Shown here in pieces: positions 9,487 through 17,923 of a DNA stretch of 60,965 nucleotides (the first letter of the stretch is position 1; every line of letters begins with the position of its first letter). Under the pieces are notes generated by a model. That model was not told where the DNA came from. It searched no databases and saw nothing but the letters and a program-made list of their open reading frames with translations. The position numbers and the translations under genes are program-made. The stretch lies in the IMG/VR virus record IMGVR_UViG_3300038427_000461. One strand, 5' to 3'. Origin of the DNA: an uncultured virus (IMG/VR IMGVR_UViG_3300038427_000461). Its lineage: Duplodnaviria > Heunggongvirae > Uroviricota > Caudoviricetes.

Positions 9487-9679
9487 ACCGGTGCTCGGAC
9501 AGGTGCCCGGCGACGAACGTGTCCCACAGGAAGTAGCAGGCGAACACGATGAGCACGAAGATCAAGAGCCCCTTCACCCAGCCGAACGGGGTGGGGATCA
9601 CGAGGTACTTGTCGGCGGCCCAGATGACGGTCGCGAGCAGGCAGAGCGCGACGACGACGGTGACGATGGTTCCGAGCAT
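9476..9679 (-). CDS. Small two-TM membrane protein
   Basis: Two hydrophobic helices; own promoter TTGACG-17-CAAGCT (9716-9688). Confidence 0.75.
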   Translation of the reverse strand: MLGTIVTVVVALCLLATVIWAADKYLVIPTPFGWVKGLLIFVLIVFACYFLWDTFVAGHLSEHRFRR

Positions 9680-9712
9680 GGGGCTCTAGCTTGCAAGACC
9701 GTGGCCCGGCCG

Positions 9713-10132
9713 TCAACGCGCCGGGCTCATCGGTGCTGGCGGATCGTTCCACCCCTCCGGCCACTCGCCGGCGAGGTGGGCCTTCCACTCTTCCTTCGTG
9801 ATGGGGCGGAGCTTGCGGATCGCGGCGTAGTAGTCGCGGACGTGCGGCATCTCCCAACTCTCGGGGCCACCGTCGACCAAGTGCAATTCTCCCACGAGGA
9901 TCCCCGAGTGCTCGCACTTCTCGTCGATGGCCACGCCGCAGTCTTCGAGCACGAACCCGTCGATGCTGCTGGCGCTGCCGCTCTCCTGGACGAAGTCGAG
10001 GGCGGTGCTCTCTTCGCAGAGCAGGACCACCCCGTCGCCGTGCGCGAGAGCGAGGATGACCTTCGAGGTCGATCGCTCGGTCTTGACATAGGTGAACGTG
10101 GGCTTAGGGAGCGTGAGTTCGGACATGGTCAT
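9713..10132 (-). CDS. Hypothetical protein
   Basis: ATGA overlap with the HTH gene. Confidence 0.65.
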   Translation of the reverse strand: MTMSELTLPKPTFTYVKTERSTSKVILALAHGDGVVLLCEESTALDFVQESGSASSIDGFVLEDCGVAIDEKCEHSGILVGELHLVDGGPESWEMPHVRDYYAAIRKLRPITKEEWKAHLAGEWPEGWNDPPAPMSPAR

Positions 10133-10299
10133 TTCTCCGTGGCACGCTTCCAGTTCGAGATCGTCTTCTGGTTCACGCCGAGAATGTCGGCGACCTCTTG
10201 CTGGGTTCTACCTTCGCTGAGGAGCTGCTTTGCTCTCTTCTTCACCTCAGAGCTTTGACGGACGTGTCGATAGCTAGCGGGGATGATTGTCCACGGCAT
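10129..10299 (-). CDS. Small helix-turn-helix DNA-binding protein
   Basis: GRTQQEVADILGVNQKTISNW. Confidence 0.75.
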   Translation of the reverse strand: MPWTIIPASYRHVRQSSEVKKRAKQLLSEGRTQQEVADILGVNQKTISNWKRATEK

Positions 10300-10304
10300 G
10301 AGGC

Positions 10305-10883
10305 TTACTTCCTTTCGGGCAGTGACTCGACGCCGAGCACGTCCCCGAGCAGTCGGGGCAGGAGGTGGTCGCGCATCTTCCGCACTCGGGCGAGCTTCCC
10401 GTCGATCATCCGCGCGAGCGTCGCGGCCAGGAGGTCCGGCATCTCCAGCGTCGTGATCGTCGGCTCCTCGGCGCGGTTCGCGCACCCGCTCGCGTCCGGC
10501 GCCACGACGTAGTGGGCTCGGCAGGACAGCGGCCGCAGGTCGTAGACCGTACACCGGTCATCCTCGAGCAGGGGACAGGCTAGCCGCGCGCGGTGGTACG
10601 TGCGGAGGTCCGGCCGGACGTCGTCGGGGTCCAGGCCCGCCGCGCGCATCCCGGCGAGCCAGGCTCGCGTGCGCTCGACGGCGCGCTCGCGCTTGGCAGT
10701 CGGCATACTGCGCACGCGCTCGGCGATCTCGTCGACCTCGGGCTGCAGCACCCAGGCGACGTCGTAACAGCACGCGCTGCAGCCAGCCGCGCACGGGACG
10801 CTGACCTCGGTGCGCGCCCGTTTGACGAGCTGCGCGGCCGCGACGTCGAACTCGCGGTAGGCGGCGCGGACGTGGGGGTTCAT
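10305..10883 (-). CDS. YkgJ-family (CxxxCxxCC) cysteine-cluster protein
   Basis: CAAGCSACC, CPLL..RCTVYDLRPLSCR. Confidence 0.85.
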   Translation of the reverse strand: MNPHVRAAYREFDVAAAQLVKRARTEVSVPCAAGCSACCYDVAWVLQPEVDEIAERVRSMPTAKRERAVERTRAWLAGMRAAGLDPDDVRPDLRTYHRARLACPLLEDDRCTVYDLRPLSCRAHYVVAPDASGCANRAEEPTITTLEMPDLLAATLARMIDGKLARVRKMRDHLLPRLLGDVLGVESLPERK

Positions 10884-11119
10884 GGCGACCACCGACCCCG
10901 GACGATCTTGGTCGCGTCGTAGGGCAGCCCCCGACGCTCCGCCTCTTCGTGGCTCGCGCTCACCGCTTCGGCGTTCTCCGGGTTTTGCTCCCAGGCATCG
11001 GAGCACTTCATCGAGCAGAATGTCCGCCCGTGCGCGCGGACCTGGACGCTCCCGACGCGCTTCATGTCGATGGGCTTGTGGCACTCCCTGCACACGCTCA
11101 GGCCGTCGAACGGGTTCAT
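10880..11119 (-). CDS. TRASH/YHS-like Zn-binding protein
   Basis: CRECHKPID..TFCSMKC; ATGA overlaps. Confidence 0.65.
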   Translation of the reverse strand: MNPFDGLSVCRECHKPIDMKRVGSVQVRAHGRTFCSMKCSDAWEQNPENAEAVSASHEEAERRGLPYDATKIVRGRWSP

Positions 11120-11610
11120 TGGCACTCGAAGGCTGCAGTGCAGCTCTGGATCCACGCCGCTCGCTCGGCCCGTTTCCTGTGCAGGCTGTAGTCCGACCCG
11201 TGACGCGACTCCTCGTAATACTCAGGGTCGATCTTCTGCGCCGCGATGACGCAGAAGACCTCCTCCCTCGTGAGGACCTTGGTCCACCCCTCGTCGTACC
11301 CCCGGCACGGAGCCGGCGGCGGCTGGTGCTTGCCCGCGCACGTCGTGTTGATCGAGCGGCAGACCTCGCCGTTCAGGTACACGCGGTCGGTCAGGTAGTG
11401 CGGGCGGTCCGGGTAGGCCGCGGGGATCGGGATCCACTCGTCGGTCACCAGCACTTCAGGCGGGGGCGGGGGCGGTTCCGGGGGTGCGGGCGGTGGGGGC
11501 ACCACCACCGGAGCGACCGAGGCTGCCGGCGCCGGGGGGTACAGGTCGGGGCAGAAGAGCGGGTCGTTGCAGCCCGCGGCGAGGAGCGCGAGCCAGGCGA
11601 GCTTGTTCAT
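11116..11610 (-). CDS. Putative lipoprotein, Pro-rich
   Basis: MNKLAWLALLAAGC lipobox-like N-terminus. Confidence 0.65.
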   Translation of the reverse strand: MNKLAWLALLAAGCNDPLFCPDLYPPAPAASVAPVVVPPPPAPPEPPPPPPEVLVTDEWIPIPAAYPDRPHYLTDRVYLNGEVCRSINTTCAGKHQPPPAPCRGYDEGWTKVLTREEVFCVIAAQKIDPEYYEESRHGSDYSLHRKRAERAAWIQSCTAAFECQ

Positions 11611-11864
11611 AGGCACCCCGGAGGCAGCGGCGCCTCGGCCTTCGCGTCCAGCTCGAGGATGGACGCGCCGAGCGCGGTCGCCGTGTAGTGGTCCTCGCCG
11701 CGCCAATCGCTCTCGCACGGGGAGCAGAGGACGGCGCCCCGGCGCTCGAGGCGGCCCATCACGACGCGATCCCCGCGCGTACTGACGTGCAGGCCGCCAC
11801 CTTGACGCGTGGCTGCCAGCGTTTCGGTGAGTAGCTCACGCTCCATCGAGGTCAGGCCGCGCAT
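11607..11864 (-). CDS. Hypothetical protein
   Basis: Coupled overlaps at both ends. Confidence 0.55.
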   Translation of the reverse strand: MRGLTSMERELLTETLAATRQGGGLHVSTRGDRVVMGRLERRGAVLCSPCESDWRGEDHYTATALGASILELDAKAEAPLPPGCL

Positions 11865-12088
11865 CAGTGTCTCAGCAGGTTCAGGCGGCACGCGTCCGAG
11901 CAGACCACGATCATCTCGGGGCCGTACTCATCACCACGAACGAAACCGATCCACGCCCCCTCGGGGAGCTGCACCATCTCGGGGGCCTCGGGGTTTGGCG
12001 TCGTCGAGCTGCGCACCTCGACGGTGGCGCCGCACATGCAGCACGGGCGCGGGCGGGAGGAGTCTATGCGCTGCGTCTGGATGTCCAT
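11864..12088 (-). CDS. Small Zn-binding protein
   Basis: RPCCMC..VCSDAC; TGATG overlaps. Confidence 0.6.
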   Translation of the reverse strand: MDIQTQRIDSSRPRPCCMCGATVEVRSSTTPNPEAPEMVQLPEGAWIGFVRGDEYGPEMIVVCSDACRLNLLRH

Positions 12089-12642
12089 CACTCCACCACC
12101 CGTGGAGCGCCCTGCGTGACGGCGAGACAGAAGTCGTCGTACGCGCGGATCGATCGGTTCAGCTCCTCCTCGTCGGGCTCGACCTCGCGAGCGATGGCCA
12201 CCACGTCCGCGGCTACGCGGATCCGGACGAGCAGCCAGTTCACGAGCGCGACCAGCTCGAACTTCGAGTGGCGGTGACTGACCATCTGCATCGCGACACC
12301 GTACTCGTCGTGCGACCCGCTGCGCGTCGGGAAGGCCGCCTTGATGGCGGCGGTCCACTCGTCGGGTACGTCCTCCCAGGGTTCGGGTGGGACGCCGCTC
12401 TCCTTCACGGCAGCGAAGTGGGCGTCGATGCGCTCGAACAGCAGCGCGAACGGGCTGCCGGGCGCCGGAGTCTGCCCGCGGTGCCGGAGCACGCGGATGG
12501 CTTCTTCGAGCAGGGGCGTCGTCGCCTCCAGCAGGTCCGCGAGGCCGACGAGCAACTGGCGAGCGGCCACGGTATGCGCGTCCGTCCACCGGGTTGGCCA
12601 CCTCGCGAGTGACCTCGCTCGATCGATGATGTCGTTCTCCAT
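12088..12642 (-). CDS. Hypothetical protein
   Basis: MENDII start with TGATG overlap. Confidence 0.6.
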   Translation of the reverse strand: MENDIIDRARSLARWPTRWTDAHTVAARQLLVGLADLLEATTPLLEEAIRVLRHRGQTPAPGSPFALLFERIDAHFAAVKESGVPPEPWEDVPDEWTAAIKAAFPTRSGSHDEYGVAMQMVSHRHSKFELVALVNWLLVRIRVAADVVAIAREVEPDEEELNRSIRAYDDFCLAVTQGAPRVVE

Positions 12643-12872
12643 CAGGTTCCCTTTCTGAATTTGGCGGCGTCGAACATCTTCACCCTCAGCGTCGGCTCCC
12701 CGACCTCTCGAGCTGCGCTCTCCTCGCGCTTGCGCCGCTGCAGGTCGGTCTCGGCGGGAGGGTGGTGGTCCGGGTCGCACGCCGAGCACCCTCGGCAGCC
12801 GAAGAACCCGCACCGGGCCCGCGCGGAGCCAGGCTTGCGTCGCGTGACGTCGACCATCTTCTCAGAACCCAT
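12642..12872 (-). CDS. Hypothetical Cys-containing protein
   Basis: Fills the coupled gene array. Confidence 0.5.
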   Translation of the reverse strand: MGSEKMVDVTRRKPGSARARCGFFGCRGCSACDPDHHPPAETDLQRRKREESAAREVGEPTLRVKMFDAAKFRKGT

Positions 12873-13245
12873 CGTCGTACAGATTTCGTTTGCACGAGAT
12901 GTTCAGGATGGCGTACACGCCCGAGTCGAAGGTCGAGAGGTCGACGGTCTCGGAGTCCACGTCCGACTTCTCGCAGGACACCTTCACCGCGATCTCCGGC
13001 ACGAGTCCGCCATCGAGACTCGGCGTCGAGCACCGCGCGACGAGCCCCGCCCCCTTGTACTTGATGTCGCAGGTCCAGATCGTGTCGGGCATCCGGAAGT
13101 GCATGCTGGTGAGGATCAGGCCCGCCTCCTGGTGGTGCGGGGCCTGGACCGCGTACGTGTACGTCGGCAGCTCGGGGGTGTCCCCGCGCAGGTTCCTCGC
13201 TGCCAGGATGGCCGCGAGGGCGATGGTTATCGTGAGCTTGTTCAT
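12862..13245 (-). CDS. Putative secreted protein
   Basis: MNKLTITIALAAILAA signal-like start. Confidence 0.6.
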   Translation of the reverse strand: MNKLTITIALAAILAARNLRGDTPELPTYTYAVQAPHHQEAGLILTSMHFRMPDTIWTCDIKYKGAGLVARCSTPSLDGGLVPEIAVKVSCEKSDVDSETVDLSTFDSGVYAILNISCKRNLYDDGF

Positions 13246-13454
13246 TCTTCCCTCGGCGTTGCGGGTGACTCGTCTTCGCACCACAAGATACCTGGCGTCC
13301 CCTTCGGCTCGAGGGGATCGACGTCGAACTTGTCCCGGCGGATCGGTCCCTTCGGGCGCACGGCCCGGAGGGCTCCCTCCTCGTCCGCGGCTTCCACGAC
13401 GTTGAGACTGTAGCCCCACCGGTCGCGGTCGCGGACCATGAAGAGTTTCATCAT
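13242..13454 (-). CDS. Hypothetical protein
   Basis: ATGA overlaps. Confidence 0.55.
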   Translation of the reverse strand: MMKLFMVRDRDRWGYSLNVVEAADEEGALRAVRPKGPIRRDKFDVDPLEPKGTPGILWCEDESPATPREE

Positions 13455-13837
13455 TGCTGCACCTGGGCGAGACCCTCGTGGCAGCGCGCCAACCGCCACA
13501 CGCGCTCGATGTCTCCGGCGCGGTCGTGCAGCGGCACCAGGGTCTGGAACTGGAGGACGACCTTCGGCCACACCTGGCCGCGGTGGCCCCAGTCGCCGGC
13601 GTGGGCGATCAGCTCCCGCGCCATCGGCCAGCAGACCTCCTGGCAGCCGAGGAGCAGCGCCGCCACCGCGCGGATGGCCGCGCGCTGACCGTCCGCGTCG
13701 GAGTGCGTCCACATCTGCCAGCAGTGCGCGATGGCGGAGAGCGCGGCGACGTCCTGGCCGGTGAGCGGGGCGAGGTCCCAGCCGCGCTCCTTGAGCCAGT
13801 GCAGGGCGTTCGTGCAAGGGGGGACGGTGCGGCTCAC
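13451..13837 (-). CDS. Hypothetical protein
   Basis: GTGA/ATGA overlaps. Confidence 0.6.
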   Translation of the reverse strand: MSRTVPPCTNALHWLKERGWDLAPLTGQDVAALSAIAHCWQMWTHSDADGQRAAIRAVAALLLGCQEVCWPMARELIAHAGDWGHRGQVWPKVVLQFQTLVPLHDRAGDIERVWRLARCHEGLAQVQQ

Positions 13838-14073
13838 GGGATGAATACCCCCGTCCGGGCGGCCCACGCGCGCAGGCCGTGACGGAGTCTCAGCGGCAGT
13901 CGGGCAATCGCCACCTGCCCGCTCGTCACCAGCCGCGCGAGCTGGTCGAAGGGGATCGTGCGGATGTACTCGACTGGGTCGAACGGGACGCGGTCGTGCG
14001 TCTCGTTCAGGAACGCGACGGCGCGGCGGAGCTGCTTGCGTTGACGCATGTGGCGTCGTCTGGACCATCTCAT
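13834..14073 (-). CDS. Hypothetical protein
   Basis: Coupled overlaps. Confidence 0.5.
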   Translation of the reverse strand: MRWSRRRHMRQRKQLRRAVAFLNETHDRVPFDPVEYIRTIPFDQLARLVTSGQVAIARLPLRLRHGLRAWAARTGVFIP

Positions 14074-14399
14074 TGGTGACTCCCTCTCGTGTTTAGTGAC
14101 ATCTTCCAAGCGACAGCGAGCGCCCTCGCTTCCGGTGAACCGAAGAGCGTGTATGCCGGAACGGTCGGCGGCCGATCGCGGCACTGACTGCACCAGACTC
14201 GGTGTGCTTCGGCGTGCGGACACCCGTCGCGGTGGTGCCGACCCGCCTCTTCGATGCACCCGCAGTCCGCGCATTCCACGAAGCTGTCGAATCCCCTGTC
14301 ATCCGAGTAGGTGACCTCGACCATCAGCGCGTCGCCGCCGCCACGGAGCAACCTGTACTCCGTTCGCGAGCCGGTTGGATGAAGTACCGTCCACCTCAT
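14070..14399 (-). CDS. Hypothetical Cys-rich protein
   Basis: CADCGC, CSQC; ATGA overlaps. Confidence 0.55.
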   Translation of the reverse strand: MRWTVLHPTGSRTEYRLLRGGGDALMVEVTYSDDRGFDSFVECADCGCIEEAGRHHRDGCPHAEAHRVWCSQCRDRPPTVPAYTLFGSPEARALAVAWKMSLNTRGSHQ

Positions 14400-14686
14400 C
14401 GCTTCCTCTTCACGGGCGGCGGGTTCGTCAGTAGCTCCTTCACGGCGGCCGCCGCCTCGGCCAGCTCGCCGGCCGTCGCCTCGACGATGGCGGAGTCACC
14501 GCCGTTGGTGAGGTAGACGACCGTCGGCTCGCCCGTCTTCTCGACGAGGACGACGTCGAGCTTGCCGAACCGCCGGTGCGTGCGCCGGCGAGCCTTCGAC
14601 GTCTCGCCGAGCGCCCGGTCGATCGAGTCGCCGTACGCGAGCAACTTGTCGACGGCGGTGAGGGGGCGGGTCTTCCGGTTACTCAT
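14396..14686 (-). CDS. Hypothetical protein
   Basis: Coupled array member. Confidence 0.55.
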   Translation of the reverse strand: MSNRKTRPLTAVDKLLAYGDSIDRALGETSKARRRTHRRFGKLDVVLVEKTGEPTVVYLTNGGDSAIVEATAGELAEAAAAVKELLTNPPPVKRKR

Positions 14687-15290
14687 AGAAAGACCCTGCG
14701 GGGATGGGGACGTACGGGATCGGGCTGTCCCCCGGGAACCACCGGTAGTTCGAGGGAGACAGCCCGACGAAGACATCGGCTTCCTGGTCGGGCCGACCGT
14801 TGACCACCCACTGGCTGTACCGGTGGTTCCCCTCCAGCAGGAAGGGTGCGCGGACCGCGTGGCCCCAGAAGATCAGCCCGTCGAGCGACACCGCGCCGGG
14901 CTCCATCGTGGACTCGAAGCTCCACGCGCGGACGACGCACTGGCCTTCGGAGAAGAGGGCGCGGCCCCGGTACCAGACCGTGTCCGGAGGGATCTCGACC
15001 CATAGCCACCGCCGCATCCCGCAGAGCGCGCGCAGGCGCCTGCGGTTCTGCTCCTGGTCGTGGAGGTCGGGCGCGTCGAGCGAGAGGCGGAGACCCAGGC
15101 CGGCCACCGCGAGCGCCGGGTGAGTCTGCGGCTTGCCGACCATCGCACCGAGCGCTCGGGTGAGTCGACGGACCAGGCTCGGCCTCCCCTTGACGCGGCT
15201 CCGGCGCTCGAGGAGCGGGACCTCGGCCTGCAGCCACGCGCAGATGACCTCGTGGACGCTGCAGGGGACCAAGTCGGAGAAGCCGTTCAT
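14679..15290 (-). CDS. Hypothetical protein with a ParB/Srx-like LLEGNHR motif
   Basis: PFLLEGNHRY resembles ParB-N G-x-H-R. Confidence 0.6.
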   Translation of the reverse strand: MNGFSDLVPCSVHEVICAWLQAEVPLLERRSRVKGRPSLVRRLTRALGAMVGKPQTHPALAVAGLGLRLSLDAPDLHDQEQNRRRLRALCGMRRWLWVEIPPDTVWYRGRALFSEGQCVVRAWSFESTMEPGAVSLDGLIFWGHAVRAPFLLEGNHRYSQWVVNGRPDQEADVFVGLSPSNYRWFPGDSPIPYVPIPAGSFYE

Positions 15291-15580
15291 GGTGTCCTCG
15301 GTACACGTCCGGTCCCGGCGCACGTCGGGCAGGTGAGCCCTTCGACGCGGTCACGTCGCTTGCGCTCGACCACGAGGTGGATGGGGCTCGCGGACCCTGG
15401 GGTCCGCACGTCCGCGCGCTCGTTCTCTGCAAGCGCGGCCGCGACGTCGGCCTCGGTCGTGCCGGGTCGGAACGCCCAGCGCTCGTCGCGGGGGCCGTCC
15501 GGGGCGAAGTGCGGGCAGCCCACGAATGCGCAGAGCCCTGGGGGAGCGCCGTGGAGGCACGCGGTGGGGCCATCGCTCAT
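15287..15580 (-). CDS. Hypothetical protein with C-terminal CPTCAGTG
   Basis: ATGA overlaps. Confidence 0.5.
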   Translation of the reverse strand: MSDGPTACLHGAPPGLCAFVGCPHFAPDGPRDERWAFRPGTTEADVAAALAENERADVRTPGSASPIHLVVERKRRDRVEGLTCPTCAGTGRVPRTP

Positions 15581-15831
15581 GTGCCCTCCGGCGGCGGGTT
15601 GTCCGCGTCCGCCCCCGTAGCGTCGAGCGCGATGGCGAGCGCGGTCTGCGGACACCCGTCGCGCAACGATTCCGCGATGTCGGTGAGCGCGCCGCGCAGG
15701 AGGTCCACCTCGTCGAGCAAGAGGAACGCTCGGTCCATGCCCACCGTCGCGTCGGCGCCGCTCGGGCCACCGAGACCCTTCGCCCGCATCGCGCGGAGGG
15801 ATCGCTCGTTGTCTTCTCTCGTGAGGCTCAT
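15577..15831 (-). CDS. Hypothetical protein
   Basis: GGAG RBS; ATGA overlaps. Confidence 0.55.
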   Translation of the reverse strand: MSLTREDNERSLRAMRAKGLGGPSGADATVGMDRAFLLLDEVDLLRGALTDIAESLRDGCPQTALAIALDATGADADNPPPEGT

Positions 15832-16052
15832 CGTGCTCCTCCGTGGATGGGTACTCCGGACCAGTCCTGCCGCCCGCACGAGCCCCGCGCCGCGTAGGCT
15901 TCCTCCGCCTTGCGGAAGGCGTAGCCGTACATCTGCCCCACGGCCTGCTCCGCCTTCACCGGGTCGTTCCGGTACAGCTTGCGGATCTCCCGCTCGATGT
16001 CGGCGTGGGTGATGCGTGGCGCGAGGAGCTGCTGGAGGAGGTCGAGTCTCAC
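15828..16052 (-). CDS. Hypothetical protein
   Basis: GTGA overlap. Confidence 0.5.
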   Translation of the reverse strand: MRLDLLQQLLAPRITHADIEREIRKLYRNDPVKAEQAVGQMYGYAFRKAEEAYAARGSCGRQDWSGVPIHGGAR

Positions 16053-16243
16053 GCCGCCTCCTCTCTGCGCTTCGCGCACTCGGGGCAGAGCCCGCCGCCC
16101 TGCTCGAGGAACTTCTTGAGCCACTTCTTGCCCTCGTCGTTCAGCCGGACGTAGCCACCGGTCGTTGAGCCGCAGAGCCGCGTGACGGAGCGGCCCTTCG
16201 CCATCAAGTGGACGTGCTTGGGCAGGGCGTGAGCGCGGGTCAT
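16049..16243 (-). CDS. Hypothetical Zn-finger-like protein
   Basis: H..LCG..LCPEC; overlaps. Confidence 0.5.
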   Translation of the reverse strand: MTRAHALPKHVHLMAKGRSVTRLCGSTTGGYVRLNDEGKKWLKKFLEQGGGLCPECAKRREEAA

Positions 16244-16416
16244 GAGCGGGCCTCCGCCGACTTCAGGTCGGCCCCAGGCGGCAAGTGTCCCACGTCCCAC
16301 CCGTCGTCACGGAACTGGACCTCGCGGGCCTCGACGAGTTCGGCGGGGACCCGCTCGCGGATCATCCCGTGCCGGCGGGGGCAGTAGGCGAACAAGAGGA
16401 CGGTGGCGCGGCTCAT
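16240..16416 (-). CDS. Hypothetical protein (58 aa)
   Basis: Manual translation; AAGGAG RBS; ATGA overlaps at both ends. Confidence 0.5.
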   Translation of the reverse strand: MSRATVLLFAYCPRRHGMIRERVPAELVEAREVQFRDDGWDVGHLPPGADLKSAEARS

Positions 16417-16703
16417 GGGGTCTCCTTGAGGTCGATGCCTGTCGGGTCCATTGTGAATGGGACGCTAGCGTTGACGGACGCGCGCAGCTCCTCTACGGCC
16501 TTGAGTATATGTGCACCTGCCTTGTACTCGTGCGCTGCATCCCGCTGACCCTCGATCCCGCGCCAAGCCTGGCGGACGAGCAGCCCCCGGTAGTAGAGGC
16601 TTGCTAGTGTGACTCGCTCGCCGCTGCTGGCCGCGCGATACCAGTGACCGGATACGGTCGTGCGGACGACCGTCGCGAGCACCTGCTTCTGGCGTGGTGT
16701 CAT
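16413..16703 (-). CDS. Hypothetical, possibly winged-helix protein
   Basis: MTPRQKQVL..TLASLYYRGLL pattern. Confidence 0.55.
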   Translation of the reverse strand: MTPRQKQVLATVVRTTVSGHWYRAASSGERVTLASLYYRGLLVRQAWRGIEGQRDAAHEYKAGAHILKAVEELRASVNASVPFTMDPTGIDLKETP

Positions 16704-16709
16704 GGAAGG

Positions 16710-17057
16710 TCAGGCCGCCAGGTGGGCGAGCCCCTCCTTGAGGAGTGTCTCGATCGGCTCGCGGCCGGCGCGGTCGCCGAGACCGTCCACGAACCGGTGG
16801 ACGGCCGGAGCGCGGAAGCCCATGCCGGCGAGCGCGGCGGTGAGGCGCGCGCGCTCGTCGTGGTCCGCTCCGCGGACGACCCGCAGGCGCGGCCGCCCCC
16901 GCGGCGGTGTCTGGACGACTCCAGAGCGCGGTCGGACGGCGGCGGCGGTCCGCAGGACCCCGGCGGTGACGAGCTGCACCAGGCCGGCGCCTAGCTCGAG
17001 GAGGGCGGCGAGGAGGGAGAGGGCGGCGACGAGCAGGCGGGCGGTGGAGGCTTTCAT
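16710..17057 (-). CDS. Membrane-anchored protein with RuvA C-terminal-like domain
   Basis: Hydrophobic N-terminus; ALAGMGF..AV..PIETLLKEGLAHL. Confidence 0.6.
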   Translation of the reverse strand: MKASTARLLVAALSLLAALLELGAGLVQLVTAGVLRTAAAVRPRSGVVQTPPRGRPRLRVVRGADHDERARLTAALAGMGFRAPAVHRFVDGLGDRAGREPIETLLKEGLAHLAA

Positions 17058-17245
17058 GGTTTCGACATCCTGATTGCCTTTTCCAGGTAGGCGACTGCGC
17101 TGGCGTTGGCGCCGTGCAGGTTGCACCAGACGGCGCGCACGAAGTAGAAGGTGATGCCAGCTCGGCGCGATTGGGACATCCTGTCGGCTAGCTTGCCGTC
17201 GTAGATGGACGGTAGTTGCCAGGGATTGCGAGAGTCGTGGTTCAT
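17054..17245 (-). CDS. Hypothetical protein
   Basis: ATGA overlaps. Confidence 0.45.
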   Translation of the reverse strand: MNHDSRNPWQLPSIYDGKLADRMSQSRRAGITFYFVRAVWCNLHGANASAVAYLEKAIRMSKP

Positions 17246-17336
17246 CGGTCGTTCTCGTTCGGGCACCACTGCATCCCGCCGACGTTACCGCAGTGCGGGC
17301 AGGTGTGCTTCTTGGTCATGGTCATGGTGGGTCCCT

Positions 17337-17834
17337 TCAAATGAAGAGCAGGGGGTACGCCTTGCGCATGTCGCTGGACGGTCCGTCCCAGAAGTGGTGC
17401 TCGGCACGGATGGTCGCCGAGGCAGGGACGGGCAGCGACTGAATGAGCGCGGCCGCCTCGGCGCGCGCGGCCTCGACGCGCGCGTGCAGCTCGGCGAGCT
17501 TGTCCGTGAGTGCCGCCTCGGCCGCGGTGCGCTCCGCGTAGTCGCGCAGGTCCGCGATCTCGATCGCCTCGGCCATGCCCTCCGCCCACGGCTTGGGACC
17601 GTTCCAGCAGAGGTAGACCGAACCGTTCTCGTAGGGCAGGCCGTTGCCCCACACTCTTACCGTGCGGAGGCCGTAATGATCAGGGTCGACGCTGACCGTG
17701 TAGCCGGGCAGCTCGGCCTCGATGATGGGCTTCACCCGGCGGGTGAAGGCCGCGTGGTGGCGGATCTTCGCGAAGGCGCGGCGCAGGCCCGCGACGACCG
17801 CGATCTGCTGCTGGTAGGGCTGGGAAGTGCTCAT
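17337..17834 (-). CDS. Hypothetical protein, first gene of the leftward early operon
   Basis: Directly follows the leftward promoter. Confidence 0.7.
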   Translation of the reverse strand: MSTSQPYQQQIAVVAGLRRAFAKIRHHAAFTRRVKPIIEAELPGYTVSVDPDHYGLRTVRVWGNGLPYENGSVYLCWNGPKPWAEGMAEAIEIADLRDYAERTAAEAALTDKLAELHARVEAARAEAAALIQSLPVPASATIRAEHHFWDGPSSDMRKAYPLLFI

Positions 17835-17842
17835 CTGGACCT

Positions 17843-17916
17843 AGAATAACACGCTGGGATTCATTGTCAACCAATTCATTTCTTTTCTTGACGGCGCATC
17901 CTTTCGGGGTTACTCT
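17843..17916. promoter_or_regulatory. Back-to-back sigma70-like promoters driving both early arrays
   Basis: Minus: TTGACA-16-TATTCT with TGn; plus: TTGACG-17-TACTCT; AT-rich core; each -10 lies 7-8 nt from an ATG. Confidence 0.8.
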
Positions 17917-17923
17917 CTACTCC

